The notes: a model not told the origin generated them from the letters alone. A stretch of 64,000 nt of DNA from Trueperaceae bacterium (GCA_965215565.1 CBDCDZ010000004.1:448001-512000); one strand, 5' to 3'; positions 30,504 through 41,129 are shown, counted from the first letter of the stretch. Made by a program: numbers and translations.

Positions 30504-31793
30504 TCACTGTGCGACCAGAATCCACACGCCAGCGCTGCTTTGGCTCGAGTTCCAAACGATACTGCCACCTTGCGCTGCTAAAGCGCCGCGCCCCGGGTCG
30601 GCGTTCTCGAGGCGGTAGCCTTCGCCCTCTTGAGACACCGCCCAGCGCTTGTCATCGCCTGCTGGTGTGGCGTCGGCTACCCAGCGGACGTCGCCACCGG
30701 GTCGCGTGTCGAGTGCACCCCGGTCAGGACGCTTATTCACAATGAAGAAGCTGTTGTCGCCCGCTGCAACAAACTGGAAGAGTCGGTCATCTCCGTTGCT
30801 GTCGGGCTTGAGCGAGAGCTGGCCACCGCCGCTGGTATCCAGGAATTGCCCCTGGGCGGCGTTCTCGAGGCTGTACCACACGCCTTCTTGCGGAAAGGCT
30901 CCAGGCTCGGGCTGCGGTTCGGGTTCAGGGTCTGGACCGGGCTCGGGAGCAGGCTGTGACGGCCCACCGCCGCCTGGCGCGACGTCTTCAAAGGACGCTC
31001 GAGCGCTGCCCCTCCGGTACTCGTCGGTGTAGATCAGGCGCGTCTTACTGCCCGACCTGCCGGGGTCGCCCGTATAGGCCCCCATCTTGAAGTTCGGCCC
31101 GGCCCCTTCGTCGTTCCACCAGGTGGCACCCTTGTAATCAACTGTCGGCGCGGACCAAGCGCCGTTGGCATCTCTCACCCACAAACGGAAGAACCCGTCG
31201 CTGTTGCCCGTCCACTTGGCGTGCATCACGAAGTCAATCCATTTGCCCTTGTACTGGTCCAAGCTGTCAAAAATCTTAAACTTTTCGCATTCGGTGTCGC
31301 TGCCGCCTTGGTGTTGCAGTGCGTAGGACAAGCTGCCGTCGCCGCCAATGGTGAGGTGATGACCTGCCGCGCCGCATATCGGTCTGAGGTTGCGGCCCTC
31401 TTTAGGCGGATAGAGGGTGTGTTGGTGAACAATTAAACCGAGTCCGTCAGGGCTGTAGTCCGCCGGTACGAACATCGACCAACCATACCAGCGCGTATCG
31501 CCTATACCTACTTTCCTCAAGTTGATTTCAGCGCGCTCGCCGCTGTTTGAAACAGTGTGCTTAAACGCGACGTTACCTGCGCGCACCTGCTCTTGGGTCT
31601 CAGAAACTGACGTGCCTTCAAACTCTTGGACTTGGTACGCGCCGCTCAAGCTCTCGCTCACCTCTTCTTCGATGTTGCTCCGCGCCGCAGCACTGACTTC
31701 CGGTTCCAAGCTCTGCGAACACGCCGCCAGCATTCCGAGGAGGGCCAGTAGCCCTAAAGCCACTACCAATCTCAACGTTGACTTACCTAACAT
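30504..31793 (-). CDS. Lipoprotein with polysaccharide lyase-like beta-sandwich, Pro/Glu linker and C-terminal beta-trefoil (ricin-B-like) domain
   Basis: Lipobox LAAC; ERAE, WYGWSMFVP, KWIDFV.HAKW, PNFKMGAY; PEPGPDPEPEPQPEP linker; three ~40-aa repeats ending F/W. Confidence 0.7.
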   Translation of the reverse strand: MLGKSTLRLVVALGLLALLGMLAACSQSLEPEVSAAARSNIEEEVSESLSGAYQVQEFEGTSVSETQEQVRAGNVAFKHTVSNSGERAEINLRKVGIGDTRWYGWSMFVPADYSPDGLGLIVHQHTLYPPKEGRNLRPICGAAGHHLTIGGDGSLSYALQHQGGSDTECEKFKIFDSLDQYKGKWIDFVMHAKWTGNSDGFFRLWVRDANGAWSAPTVDYKGATWWNDEGAGPNFKMGAYTGDPGRSGSKTRLIYTDEYRRGSARASFEDVAPGGGGPSQPAPEPGPDPEPEPQPEPGAFPQEGVWYSLENAAQGQFLDTSGGGQLSLKPDSNGDDRLFQFVAAGDNSFFIVNKRPDRGALDTRPGGDVRWVADATPAGDDKRWAVSQEGEGYRLENADPGRGALAAQGGSIVWNSSQSSAGVWILVAQ

Positions 31794-32074
31794 AATCCTT
31801 CCTTTCCTTTAGAGCTGCGTCGTTGCAAGCTCTACGCTGTGTTGCGTCAGGGCGTTGGCTTCGCTCGAGGACCGGGTCTACACCCCACCTAGATGCAGCC
31901 GGCGAGACGGGCTCGGCGTGCTGCAAGGAATAAAAAAGAAGCTGTACGGAGAAGACGCTGCACTATTCCTGTTGTCAATGTAGACGAAGCTGCAAGATGC
32001 TGTGAGATTAAGGTGCTGTGAGATTAGCGGGCGACCTCAGAGCAGCAGAGCCAAAATGGTAGCGCTAATCAGCA

Positions 32075-32109
32075 CTGTCAAACCCTCCGATACTCGGAGG
32101 GTTTGACAG
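32075..32109. repeat. Perfect 16-bp-stem palindrome (REP-like)
   Basis: CTGTCAAACCCTCCGA-TAC-TCGGAGGGTTTGACAG. Confidence 0.75.
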
Positions 32110-32343
32110 AAATGAGAAAGTTTAGGCGGCGCTACATATCGTCGGCAAAGTTCAGGGTGCAGCGCGCTAAGCGAGCCGCTCGCATCCGTCGACCTCTTGC
32201 GAAAGTGGGAGGCAGAAGGCCTCACTGTCTTGAACGAGTTGAGCGCCCAAAACGTTAGCTGTCGGCAGATTGTTTTAGAGGGCGCACGCCTAGCTCGAGG
32301 CGGGTAGACGTAGCGCTGTTAGGCGCGTCCAAGAAACGCTAAC

Positions 32344-33678
32344 TTACTTTGCAGAGAGCTTGTACACCGCACCAGCCGCGTCGTCCGAGATGAACATCGC
32401 TCCAGACGCATCTACGGCTACATCCACCACGCGCCCCCATGCGGTCTGCGCCGCCTCGTCTAGCCAACCGCGTACTAAATCTTGCTCATCTCCAGGTCGC
32501 CCGTCTGAAAAGGGGAAATAGGCGACTTTGTAGCCCGTCTTTTCGCTTCTATTCCACGAGCCGTGATAGGCGAACGCTGCGCCCTGGCGGTAGGGCTCAG
32601 GAAACAACGTCTCGTGTAAAAAGAGGAAGCCCAAGGGGGCAGAGTGCGCTTGAATTCCTCTGTCGATGCGCGTAGCCTCTTCGCAGTCGAGCCTTTCACC
32701 GTCTGGATTGAGCACGACCTCCCTATCGAAGGGCATAAGGGTGTAACCGCTTTCGGTGCCCGGATTCGGATTGCAGAAGGGCCAGCCGTAGTTGCCGCCC
32801 TCTTCCACGCTCGTGAACTCGTCGGGCGGGTGGTTGTCCACGTAGCTCTGCATGACTTCGCCATAATCGTCGTCATCGTCGCCGTCGAAGTCGTCGTGAA
32901 AGGGATACGGCAGGTTGTCGCGGTTGTTGACCGTCACCCACAGCTCGTCCGTGTTAGGGAGAAAGTCGAGCCCCTCGGCGTTGCGCAGCCCCTCGGCGAA
33001 CAGCTCGCCTAGGGTGGCGTCCACGTTTTGCGCGTCCGCGTCGTAGCGGTAGATCGCGCCGCGCACGGGATCGCTCTGCGTGTCCTCTATGCAGGCGTTG
33101 CAAGCGGAGGCGATGGAAACGAAGAGGTCGTTTCCTCTAAGCGCGATGTTTTTAAGCTGATGCCCGTAGGAGCCTTTTAGCTCCGTATTCGAGGCGTCGG
33201 GCAGTCCTGAAACGATGACCTCTGGCGCACCTGCGGTAGTTGCTTCGGGGTCATAGACGTAGCGGTTGATCTGGTTGGAGCCTGCCACGTAGAGATAGGT
33301 CACGCCACCAAGCTCGTGAAAAACCATGTCGTGCGCTAGCCTCAGACCCTCCAGGTAGTCGTAGGCTTCACCGCCGCGTAAAAGGATGACCTTATTTTGA
33401 GAAGGCTGCGAGACGAGTAAATCGCCGCTCGGCGTGACGGCTAGAAAGCGGGCATTAGGAACACGGGCAAAAACCTCTATGTCGAAGCCGGCCGGAACCT
33501 CTAAGCGCCGCGCTTCGTCAAAGGGCTCCGCGCGCATCCTCTCAGGAACGTCAACTATAGCGGAAACGAGCGCACTTCCCATAGGCGGCTCCGCCTCTTC
33601 TGGTGGCGCACTTGGCGAACAGGCGACGAGGATGAGAAGTAGAGCAGCAAGGTGCGGCGCTGAGCGTAAACAGTTCAT
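32344..33678 (-). CDS. Glucose/L-sorbosone dehydrogenase-like beta-propeller lipoprotein
   Basis: Lipobox LVAC; SACNAC, GLRNA, NYGWP, AHSAPLG, HGSWNR, GYKV, SDD. Confidence 0.88.
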   Translation of the reverse strand: MNCLRSAPHLAALLLILVACSPSAPPEEAEPPMGSALVSAIVDVPERMRAEPFDEARRLEVPAGFDIEVFARVPNARFLAVTPSGDLLVSQPSQNKVILLRGGEAYDYLEGLRLAHDMVFHELGGVTYLYVAGSNQINRYVYDPEATTAGAPEVIVSGLPDASNTELKGSYGHQLKNIALRGNDLFVSIASACNACIEDTQSDPVRGAIYRYDADAQNVDATLGELFAEGLRNAEGLDFLPNTDELWVTVNNRDNLPYPFHDDFDGDDDDDYGEVMQSYVDNHPPDEFTSVEEGGNYGWPFCNPNPGTESGYTLMPFDREVVLNPDGERLDCEEATRIDRGIQAHSAPLGFLFLHETLFPEPYRQGAAFAYHGSWNRSEKTGYKVAYFPFSDGRPGDEQDLVRGWLDEAAQTAWGRVVDVAVDASGAMFISDDAAGAVYKLSAK

Positions 33679-34015
33679 GATCTCTAGTTTACTCACACGG
33701 CACCTCTTAACGCCGTGTCCTGGCAGCGAGAGGAAGACTGGAAGAGGTTGATAACGCCGGTCAACTGTTGAGTGGGAGCGGGGCAACTCACTTTTCGAAC
33801 CGAGCTGTCAGATATTCTTCCGAAAAGTAGAACGTAGCGCAGTGAGGAAGCCTCGACACTACTCTGAATTGTGGTCTGAATTGTGGGGCTCGAGATTGAC
33901 GAAAGCCCCTCCTGTACGCTAGGCTTAGCGTTAATCAATCTGTCTAAAGTCACGCTCTGCGCTCCATTTGGAGCCAACCTCTTCATAGCACGCAGTCGCA
34001 AGCATCGGAGGAAAG

Positions 34016-34501
34016 ATGAAAGTAGCGGGTTCACACACCATCGCCGCGCCCAGAGAGAGGGTCTGGTACATGCTCCAAGACCCGGACGTGCTCGCCAAAG
34101 CCACGCCGGGCGTTCAGGAGATGGAGCGCGAGCGCGAGGACTTTTACCGCGCCGTTTTGGAGCTTGGCATCGGTCCGGTCAAGGGGACGTTTTCGGGTCA
34201 CGTCGAGGTGACGGAAAAGCACAACCCCGATTCATTGACCTTAGCAGTTGATGGCTCGGGTGGACCGGGTGGCGTTAAAGCGGTTGGGGTGTTGAGGCTC
34301 GAGGAAGCCGCGAGCGGCACCGTCGTCCACTACGAGGGCGAGCCGCAGATTTCTGGGCGCTTAGCCTCGGTGGGCGCACGCTTAGTTGGCGGCGTTGCTA
34401 AAAAACTCGCCGGACAGTTTTTTGAGAGCGTCAGTAAACAGGCGCAGGACTATCAGCACACCCCAATACCCACAACCAGCCCAGCCGCCAAACCAGCCTA
34501 A
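34016..34501 (+). CDS. coxG: CoxG (SRPBCC) family protein
   Basis: [29 protein letters not shown]. Confidence 0.88.
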   Translation: MKVAGSHTIAAPRERVWYMLQDPDVLAKATPGVQEMEREREDFYRAVLELGIGPVKGTFSGHVEVTEKHNPDSLTLAVDGSGGPGGVKAVGVLRLEEAASGTVVHYEGEPQISGRLASVGARLVGGVAKKLAGQFFESVSKQAQDYQHTPIPTTSPAAKPA

Positions 34502-34511
34502 AGGAGTTCAG

Positions 34512-35018
34512 ATGAGCCAATCCGTTACCTTAACTGTCAATGGGAAGAACTATACGAAAGAGGTCGAACCGCGCACGCTTCTAGTCCACCTCATCCGCGA
34601 GAACTTAGGACTCACCGGCACCCACGTCGGCTGCGACACGAGCAGTTGCGGCGCGTGCACGGTAATGCTGGACGGTCTCGCCGTCAAGTCGTGCACCCTT
34701 CTCGCTGTGCAAGCGAACGAGTCCGAAGTTCAGACCGTCGAAGGCTTAGCGAACGGCGACGGTCTCCACCCGCTGCAAGAGGGCTTCTGGGAGGAGCACG
34801 GCTTGCAGTGCGGTTTCTGTACGCCCGGCTTTTTGATGACGGCGGTGCAGCTTTTGGAGCGCAACCCCAACCCGTCCGAAGACGAGATACGCGAGGGCTT
34901 AGAGGGCAACTACTGCCGCTGTACGGGCTACCACAACATCGTCAAAGCGGTGCAGTACGCGGCGAATAAGATGCAGCAAGCGAGTCCGGGGCAAGAGCAG
35001 GCAGTCGCGGCGGACTAG
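34512..35018 (+). CDS. coxS: Molybdenum hydroxylase small 2Fe-2S subunit
   Basis: [36 protein letters not shown]. Confidence 0.93.
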   Translation: MSQSVTLTVNGKNYTKEVEPRTLLVHLIRENLGLTGTHVGCDTSSCGACTVMLDGLAVKSCTLLAVQANESEVQTVEGLANGDGLHPLQEGFWEEHGLQCGFCTPGFLMTAVQLLERNPNPSEDEIREGLEGNYCRCTGYHNIVKAVQYAANKMQQASPGQEQAVAAD

Positions 35019-35113
35019 GTGAGTTGAAAGGTAAAAGATTAAAGAGAAGGGCGCAGAACCAAACTTTTCTCTTTCCTCTTTTATCTTTAATCTGTTCCTG
35101 AAAGGAATTTCTA

Positions 35114-37480
35114 ATGAGCGAAAAGTACATCGGCAAGGCGGTCAAGCGCACCGAGGACCCCAAGTTCATCAAGGGCGAGGGGCGCTATACCGACGACATC
35201 AACCTGCGCGGGCAAGCCTACGTCGTGATGGTGCGCTGCCCCTACGCGCACGCGAAAATCAACAGCGTCGATCCGAGCGAGGCGCTGCGGCACCCTGGCG
35301 TCCTCGACGTGATCGTCGGGCAAGAACTCTTGGACGCGGGCATCGGCTCGATTCCGGCGGGCTGGCTCCTGCCCGACATCAAGACGCCGCCCCACTACGC
35401 CATCGCCACGGACAAGGCGCGGTTTCAAGGAGAAATCGTCGCCGCCATCATCGCGGAGAGCGTCGTCGCGGCGGAGGACGCGGTTGATTTGGTCAAGGTC
35501 GATTACGAGCAATTACCCGGCGTGGCGCGCGCAGATAGGGCGCTGGAGGACGACGCCCCGAACGTCCACGAGGACGCGCCCGGCAATCGCTGCTTCGAGT
35601 GGTCGATTGGTGACAAGGACGAGACGGACGCCAACTTTGGCAGAGCGGCGCATACGGTCAGCATCCGCCTGCGCAACAACCGCCTCATCCCGAACGCGAT
35701 CGAGCCACGCGCCTCTCTAGCCGACTACAACCCCGGCACGGACGAGTACACGCTCTACACGACGTCACAGAACCCGCACGTCCACCGTTTGATTCTCGCC
35801 GCGTTCGTCATGAGCATCCCCGAGAACAAGCTGCGCATCGTCAGCCCCGACGTGGGCGGCGGCTTCGGCTCGAAGATTTTCCAGTACCCCGAAGAGGTCG
35901 TCGTGCTGCACGCCTCGAAAAAGCATAAGCGCCCCATTAAGTGGACGGCTAAGCGAAGCGAGAGCTTCCAGACCGATTCCCACGGACGCGATCACCACAC
36001 CACGGCGGAGATGGCAACAGACGAGAACGGTAAAATCTTGGGCGTGCGCGTCCACACGGACGCCAACTTGGGCGCGTACCTGACGCTCTTCGCGCCCGCC
36101 GTGCCGACGTACCTCTACGGCTGCTTGCTTTCGGGAACGTACCAAGTTCCGGCCATCTACTGCGAGGTCAACGGCGTTTTCACGACGACGACGCCCGTGG
36201 ACGCTTACCGGGGCGCAGGTCGCCCGGAGGCGACTTACGTCATCGAGCGACTGATGAACCGCATGGCCATCGAGCTAAACGAGGACCCAGCAGAGTTCCG
36301 CCGCAAGAACTTCATCCAACCTGAGCAATTCCCCTACCAGACGCCTGTCGCGCTGGCGTATGACAGCGGCGAGTACGAGCGGGCGTTGGATAAGGGGTTG
36401 GAGATGGTCGGCTACGAGGACTTCAAGCGCGAGCGCGACGAGGGGCGCAAGAACGGGCGCTACTTGGGCATCGGCTTCTCGTGCTTCGTCGAGGCGTGCG
36501 GCTTGGCTCCGTCGTCCTTGGTCGGCAGCATTGGGGCGCAAGCGGGACAGTGGGAAAGCTCCTTGGTGCGCGTCGCGCCGACGGGCATGATCGAGGTCTT
36601 CACGGGCTCGCACAGCCACGGACAGGGGCACGAAACGGCGTTCGCGCAGATCGTCGCCGACGAACTCGGCGTGCCGATGGAGAATATCCAAGTCGTGCAC
36701 GGCGACACGGGCAAGATGCCTTTCGGGTGGGGCACCTACGGCAGCCGGAGCGGCCCGGTGGGCGGCAGCGCGGTCATCAACGCAGCAAGGAAAGTAAGAG
36801 ATAAGGCGCAGAAGATCGCGGCGCACCTCTTAGAAGCACGGGAGGACGACTTAGAGTACGAAGACGGTAATTTCCGCGTTAAAGGCTCCTCGGAGAACTC
36901 GGTGGGCTTTGGAGACGTGGCCTTACAAGCGTACTTAGCGCACAACTACCCGGACGATTTGGAGCCGGGGTTAGAAGAGACCGCCTTCTTCGATCCGACG
37001 AACTTCACCTACCCCTTCGGCACCCACATCGCGATGGTCGAAGTTATGCCCGACACGGGCGAGGTCAAGCTCGTGCGCTACGTCTCCGTGGACGACTGCG
37101 GCAACCTCATCAACCCCTTGATCGTCGAGGGGCAGGTGCACGGCGGCATCGCGCAGGGCGTCTCGCAAGCTTTGTTAGAAAACGCCGTTTACGACGACAA
37201 CGCGCAGCTCCTCACGGGCTCATACATGGACTACGCCCTGCCCAAAGCCTCCCATCTGCCGTCCTTTGAGATCGACCACACTGTCACCCCCGCCCCGCAG
37301 AACCCCCTAGGCGTCAAAGGCATTGGCGAGGCGGGCTGTATCGCGAGTACTGCAGCAGTCGCGAACGCCGTCACGGACGCCTTACAACCCTTCGGCATCA
37401 CCCACATGGACATGCCGATGAGCGCTCCCCGCGTCTGGCAAGCCATGCAGGACGCGCAACTCGCACAAGCAGCAGATTAA
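35114..37480 (+). CDS. coxL: Xanthine oxidase-family molybdopterin large subunit, form II CoxL/CutL type
   Basis: [17 protein letters not shown] (form II motif), HGQGHET, GQVHGG, KGIGE. Confidence 0.9.
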   Translation: MSEKYIGKAVKRTEDPKFIKGEGRYTDDINLRGQAYVVMVRCPYAHAKINSVDPSEALRHPGVLDVIVGQELLDAGIGSIPAGWLLPDIKTPPHYAIATDKARFQGEIVAAIIAESVVAAEDAVDLVKVDYEQLPGVARADRALEDDAPNVHEDAPGNRCFEWSIGDKDETDANFGRAAHTVSIRLRNNRLIPNAIEPRASLADYNPGTDEYTLYTTSQNPHVHRLILAAFVMSIPENKLRIVSPDVGGGFGSKIFQYPEEVVVLHASKKHKRPIKWTAKRSESFQTDSHGRDHHTTAEMATDENGKILGVRVHTDANLGAYLTLFAPAVPTYLYGCLLSGTYQVPAIYCEVNGVFTTTTPVDAYRGAGRPEATYVIERLMNRMAIELNEDPAEFRRKNFIQPEQFPYQTPVALAYDSGEYERALDKGLEMVGYEDFKRERDEGRKNGRYLGIGFSCFVEACGLAPSSLVGSIGAQAGQWESSLVRVAPTGMIEVFTGSHSHGQGHETAFAQIVADELGVPMENIQVVHGDTGKMPFGWGTYGSRSGPVGGSAVINAARKVRDKAQKIAAHLLEAREDDLEYEDGNFRVKGSSENSVGFGDVALQAYLAHNYPDDLEPGLEETAFFDPTNFTYPFGTHIAMVEVMPDTGEVKLVRYVSVDDCGNLINPLIVEGQVHGGIAQGVSQALLENAVYDDNAQLLTGSYMDYALPKASHLPSFEIDHTVTPAPQNPLGVKGIGEAGCIASTAAVANAVTDALQPFGITHMDMPMSAPRVWQAMQDAQLAQAAD

Positions 37481-37581
37481 AAGCAGGTAAAAGAGAGAAG
37501 GACTGAGAGGAAAGTGTAAATCCTTAGACCTTTTCTCTTTCCTCTCAGTCCTTTCAACTTAAATTCCTGAAAGGAATTTCT

Positions 37582-38436
37582 ATGCACCCAGCTAGTTTCA
37601 CCTACCACACCCCTACGTCTATCGACGAAGCGCTCAGCCTGATGCGCGAACACAGTGACGCGAAACTCTTAGCGGGCGGGCACAGCCTCATGCCTACGAT
37701 GAAGCTGCGCCTCGCCACGCCCGCGCATCTCATCGACATGCGCAAACTGCGCGGCGATTTGCAGTACGTCCGCGACGAGGACTCCCACATCGCTATAGGC
37801 GCTCTAGCGACGTATTACCAAATTGAAAGCAACGACATCGTCAGAGATAAAGCACCACTTTTGGCGCAGCTCATCAACAACGTCGGCGACTTGCAAGTGC
37901 GTAACTGCGGCACCTTGGGCGGCGCGATCGCCCACGCGGACCCGGCGGGCGACCCGCCCGCGGCGATTGTGGCGCTCCAAGCGGAGATGGTGGTTCGCGG
38001 CGCGGAGGGCGAGCGCACCGTCCCTGCAAGCGAGTTCTTCTTCGGTTTCTTCGAGACCGCCGTGCAGGAGGGCGAGATCTTAACCGAGATTCGCGTGCCG
38101 CATCAAAAGGGCGGCTCGTCGTACCAGAAGATGCGCCACCCGGCGTCGGGCTACGCCGTCGTGGGCGTCGCAGTGGTCATTGAGAAGGACGGCGACACCG
38201 TCTCGCGCGCTCGCGTCGGCGTCACGGGCATGTCGGACGGCGCGTACCGCGCGGAAGGAACCGAGAACGCACTGAACGGTCAGACCTTTAGCGCCGACCT
38301 CGCCAGCCAAGCGGCGGAGCACGCGGCGGACGACATCATGCCCTTAGAAGACCCCTTCGCCAACGCCGACTACCGCCGTCAGCTTACGAAAGCGCTGACC
38401 AAGCGGGCACTTTTCGAGGCGTGGGAGCGGGCTTGA
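37582..38436 (+). CDS. coxM: Molybdenum hydroxylase FAD-binding subunit
   Basis: LAGGHSL.P.MKLR, QVRN.GTLGG..AHADPA. Confidence 0.92.
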   Translation: MHPASFTYHTPTSIDEALSLMREHSDAKLLAGGHSLMPTMKLRLATPAHLIDMRKLRGDLQYVRDEDSHIAIGALATYYQIESNDIVRDKAPLLAQLINNVGDLQVRNCGTLGGAIAHADPAGDPPAAIVALQAEMVVRGAEGERTVPASEFFFGFFETAVQEGEILTEIRVPHQKGGSSYQKMRHPASGYAVVGVAVVIEKDGDTVSRARVGVTGMSDGAYRAEGTENALNGQTFSADLASQAAEHAADDIMPLEDPFANADYRRQLTKALTKRALFEAWERA

Positions 38437-38441
38437 AGAAG

Positions 38442-39074
38442 CTTTGGCAACGCTAACGAGATTGTTGTAGAGATGGCTCGAGAGGTCTTGCCCGTCGTCA
38501 AGAAAACACCTGTGCTCGCCGGGGTCAACGGGACGGACCCCTTTATGTTGGGGTCTTTCTTGTCGGACCTCAAACACTTAGGTTTTTCGGGCGTACAGAA
38601 CTTCCCTACCGTCGGGCTCATCGACGGTACCTTTCGCATGAACCTAGAAGAGACGGGCATGGGGTACGACTTAGAGGTGGGGATGATTGCGAACGCGCAC
38701 GCGCTGGGGCTCTTCACCACACCTACATCTTTAGCACCGAAGACGCCGTGGCGATGACCGAGGCGGGCGCGGATATCCTGGTGCCGCACATGGGTTTAAC
38801 AGCGGGCGGCGCGATCGGCGCAGAGACGGGCAAGACGCTGGAGGACTGCGTACCTCTGATCGACGAATGGTCAGACGCCGCGAAGTCGGTGCGAGACGAC
38901 GTCATTATCCTCTGCCACGGCGGACCCATCGCGACGCCCGAGGACGCCAAGTATATTCTTAGAAACTGCCCACACGTGAACGGCTTTTACGGCGCGAGCA
39001 GTATGGAGCGGCTGCTTGTAGAGAGGGCGTTAGAGGAGCAAACGCGCAAGTTTAAGGCAATTTCTTTCGGGTAA
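38442..39074 (+). pseudogene. PEP hydrolase-like TIM-barrel protein, 5'-truncated and frameshifted
   Basis: [32 protein letters not shown]; 1-nt loss at about 38722 (intact frame would read [20 protein letters not shown]); [19 protein letters not shown]. Confidence 0.85.
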
Positions 39075-39134
39075 AGTCGCGCCTTAACCGTGCTCACGCC
39101 GGGACCTCATTTTCTCTCGCCTGCTCATAACAAA

Positions 39135-39483
39135 GCGGATGCGAGCCGAAAAGATACGGATTCCGGTGATTAATAGCAGGTATCATCTGGTCAGCTACAC
39201 CCTCACCAAAGGGAACATCGTTTCCTTCGGAAAACTTCGTAATTAGCACGCACTTTAGATGATGATATCTGCGAAGAAGTGTTGCTTCGCATGACTTCGT
39301 CCAAGCAACGGTAAGTGGAACTGCTATAAGCAGGCGCACCGGAATAATCTCAATTAGAGAGCGCTGGCGAAGCCTGTCTGGAGCGCAAATACCTCACCGA
39401 AATAGCTTAGGTTTCTGAAGTCGGAGTACTTAGCGGAAGAAACTCTGCAAGAAGTTTATGCAGTGGTCAGCCGGAATCCATAT
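39135..39483 (+). repeat. Repeat family B (ATACGGATTCCG type) interrupted by an inverted family A copy
   Basis: GCGGATGCGAG..ATACGGATTCCG (39154) ... CGGAAGAAACTC..GTTTATGCAGTG.TCAGCCGGAATCCATAT; matches 54567-54691. Confidence 0.72.
39174..39326 (-). repeat. Repeat family A, copy 3
   Basis: Reverse complement reads TAGCAGTTCCAC...GCAGATATCATC..AAAGTGCGTGCTA...GACCAGATGATACCTGCTA. Confidence 0.8.
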
Positions 39484-39600
39484 GAGGCGATTCTCGGAGT
39501 TCTCTATCCATACTCAAACTTCTCCGTTTCCTACCTAAAAAACTTCGCAAAAAGCTCCCGGCGGGGTGCACAAGACCCGTATTTTTCGTTATGCTGTCGT

Positions 39601-40503
39601 GTGATCCGTTCCCTTGCCCCCGACGAGCTAGAGTGGTTTATCGCGTCTTACTACGACTTTTTAGGGCACAGCGACCCCCGGCACTTCGCGCGGCGAGCCG
39701 TGCGCTCTATTCATAACGTTGCGCATCAGCTAGAGAGCGAAGCGGAGCGCTCCTTTATCCTCTTTGCAGACGGGGATGTGCCCTTAGCGGGGGCGCACAT
39801 CATCGCGCCCGAGCCGGACGACGACGACCAAAACCTCTACTTGAGCAACATCTGGTTCAAACGAGACGCTAACGATTTGCAGAGACTTTTGGAGAAGCTG
39901 CTCCGCAAGTTCGATCACGAAGCGGTGCATTGCCCGCTCTATAACTTTTCGGAGAGCCGCTTAGAGCGGGTCAAACCTGTTTTCGACGCGCTCGGGTTTG
40001 CGCTTAGGCACGCCTACGACCTGGAGTTCGAACTGAGCGAGTTGCCCCCCCTAGGCGTGCCGCTCATCTTAGAAGCGTGGAGCGACGAGAGCGACGCGCT
40101 GTTTCAAGAGGTCTTTAAGGCGGCGGAGGGACACGAGCCCTCGGACGGCTTCTGGGCGTGGCTCAAACGCTGGCGCGGTCCCTTTCGCCCTAACTTGTGG
40201 TTCGTCGCGAGCGAGACGCTCGACCAGGAGCCCGTCGGCTACGCCTTTTACGGCGTGTACCGTGACGGCGTGGACGGCGTCTACTACCTCACGGCAGCGG
40301 GCGTGTTAGCGGAATACCGGGACTCGAGCGACATGCTTAAACGCCTCGCGATTTCAAGTATGCACGAACTCGCCGCCCGTAGCCCCTTGGGGCGCATCCA
40401 GACGCTCGTGACCCAACAAGACCCCAAACTCATCGAGATTTTAGAATCGCTAGGCTACAGGCGGCGCGACGCCTACCCTGCCTTTATCAAGCGTCCTGAA
40501 TAG
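39601..40503 (+). CDS. Hypothetical protein, probable tandem GNAT fold
   Basis: VGYAF, YYLTAAGVLAEYR, ILESLGY; TATGCT -10 lies 5 nt before GTG 39601. Confidence 0.65.
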   Translation: MIRSLAPDELEWFIASYYDFLGHSDPRHFARRAVRSIHNVAHQLESEAERSFILFADGDVPLAGAHIIAPEPDDDDQNLYLSNIWFKRDANDLQRLLEKLLRKFDHEAVHCPLYNFSESRLERVKPVFDALGFALRHAYDLEFELSELPPLGVPLILEAWSDESDALFQEVFKAAEGHEPSDGFWAWLKRWRGPFRPNLWFVASETLDQEPVGYAFYGVYRDGVDGVYYLTAAGVLAEYRDSSDMLKRLAISSMHELAARSPLGRIQTLVTQQDPKLIEILESLGYRRRDAYPAFIKRPE

Positions 40504-40553
40504 ATAGAAGAAGGGAGGTAGTAGTTCTAAGTCGAATGTCGCCGCGTAATGAA

Positions 40554-40573
40554 CAAGGGGTTTCAACCCCTTG
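40554..40573. repeat. REP-like palindrome
   Basis: CAAGGGGTT-TC-AACCCCTTG. Confidence 0.6.
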
Positions 40574-40665
40574 CCTTGACATCAGTGTTATTCCAGATAG
40601 AGCCACTACCCCCACCACGTGTACGCCGAACGCACAGGTAAAAAACGCGGTGCTAAACTCTTCTT

Positions 40666-41037
40666 ATGTACATCTTGATTCGCTGGATTCTCAACGCTTT
40701 AGCTCTCTGGCTCACCGCGCAACTCGGCGTCGGCCTTTACTTCACGCAGACGGGGCTCGTTCCCGTGCTCGTCGCGGCGCTCATCTTGGGATTGGTCAAC
40801 GCGGTCGTGCGCCCTGTCATGATCCTGCTGACGCTGCCGCTCACGATTCTTACTTTAGGGCTCTTTCTGCTCGTCGTGAACGCGCTCTCGATAACGATTG
40901 TCGCGGCGCTCACGCCGCTCGCTATCACCGGCATCTGGGGCGCGGTCTTTGGCGCACTCATTCTCACCGTAATTAGCTCACTGCTCAGCGCCTTGGTCGG
41001 TGAGAACCGCCGTAGCGCCATCGAGGAGTGGCGCTAA
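40666..41037 (+). CDS. 4-TM 'phage holin family' membrane protein (YvlD-like)
   Basis: LVNAVVRP..LLTLPL.ILTLGLF..VVNA. Confidence 0.88.
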   Translation: MYILIRWILNALALWLTAQLGVGLYFTQTGLVPVLVAALILGLVNAVVRPVMILLTLPLTILTLGLFLLVVNALSITIVAALTPLAITGIWGAVFGALILTVISSLLSALVGENRRSAIEEWR

Positions 41038-41129
41038 AACGCTAAAGGTTGATACCAAAAGAGCGCGGCTGCAGCATCAGCCGCGCTCTTTTGCTTGGAA
41101 CATGAGAACGTATGTGGGGTGTCTTCCTT

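Noticed and set aside
35114..37480. True aerobic CO dehydrogenase
   Set aside because: The active-site motif is AYRGAGR, not the form I AYxCSFR, and the gene order is S-L-M.
40666..41037. Prophage suggested by the holin-family gene (and by cidA/lrgB)
   Set aside because: No integrase, structural or endolysin genes; these families are common chromosomal genes.
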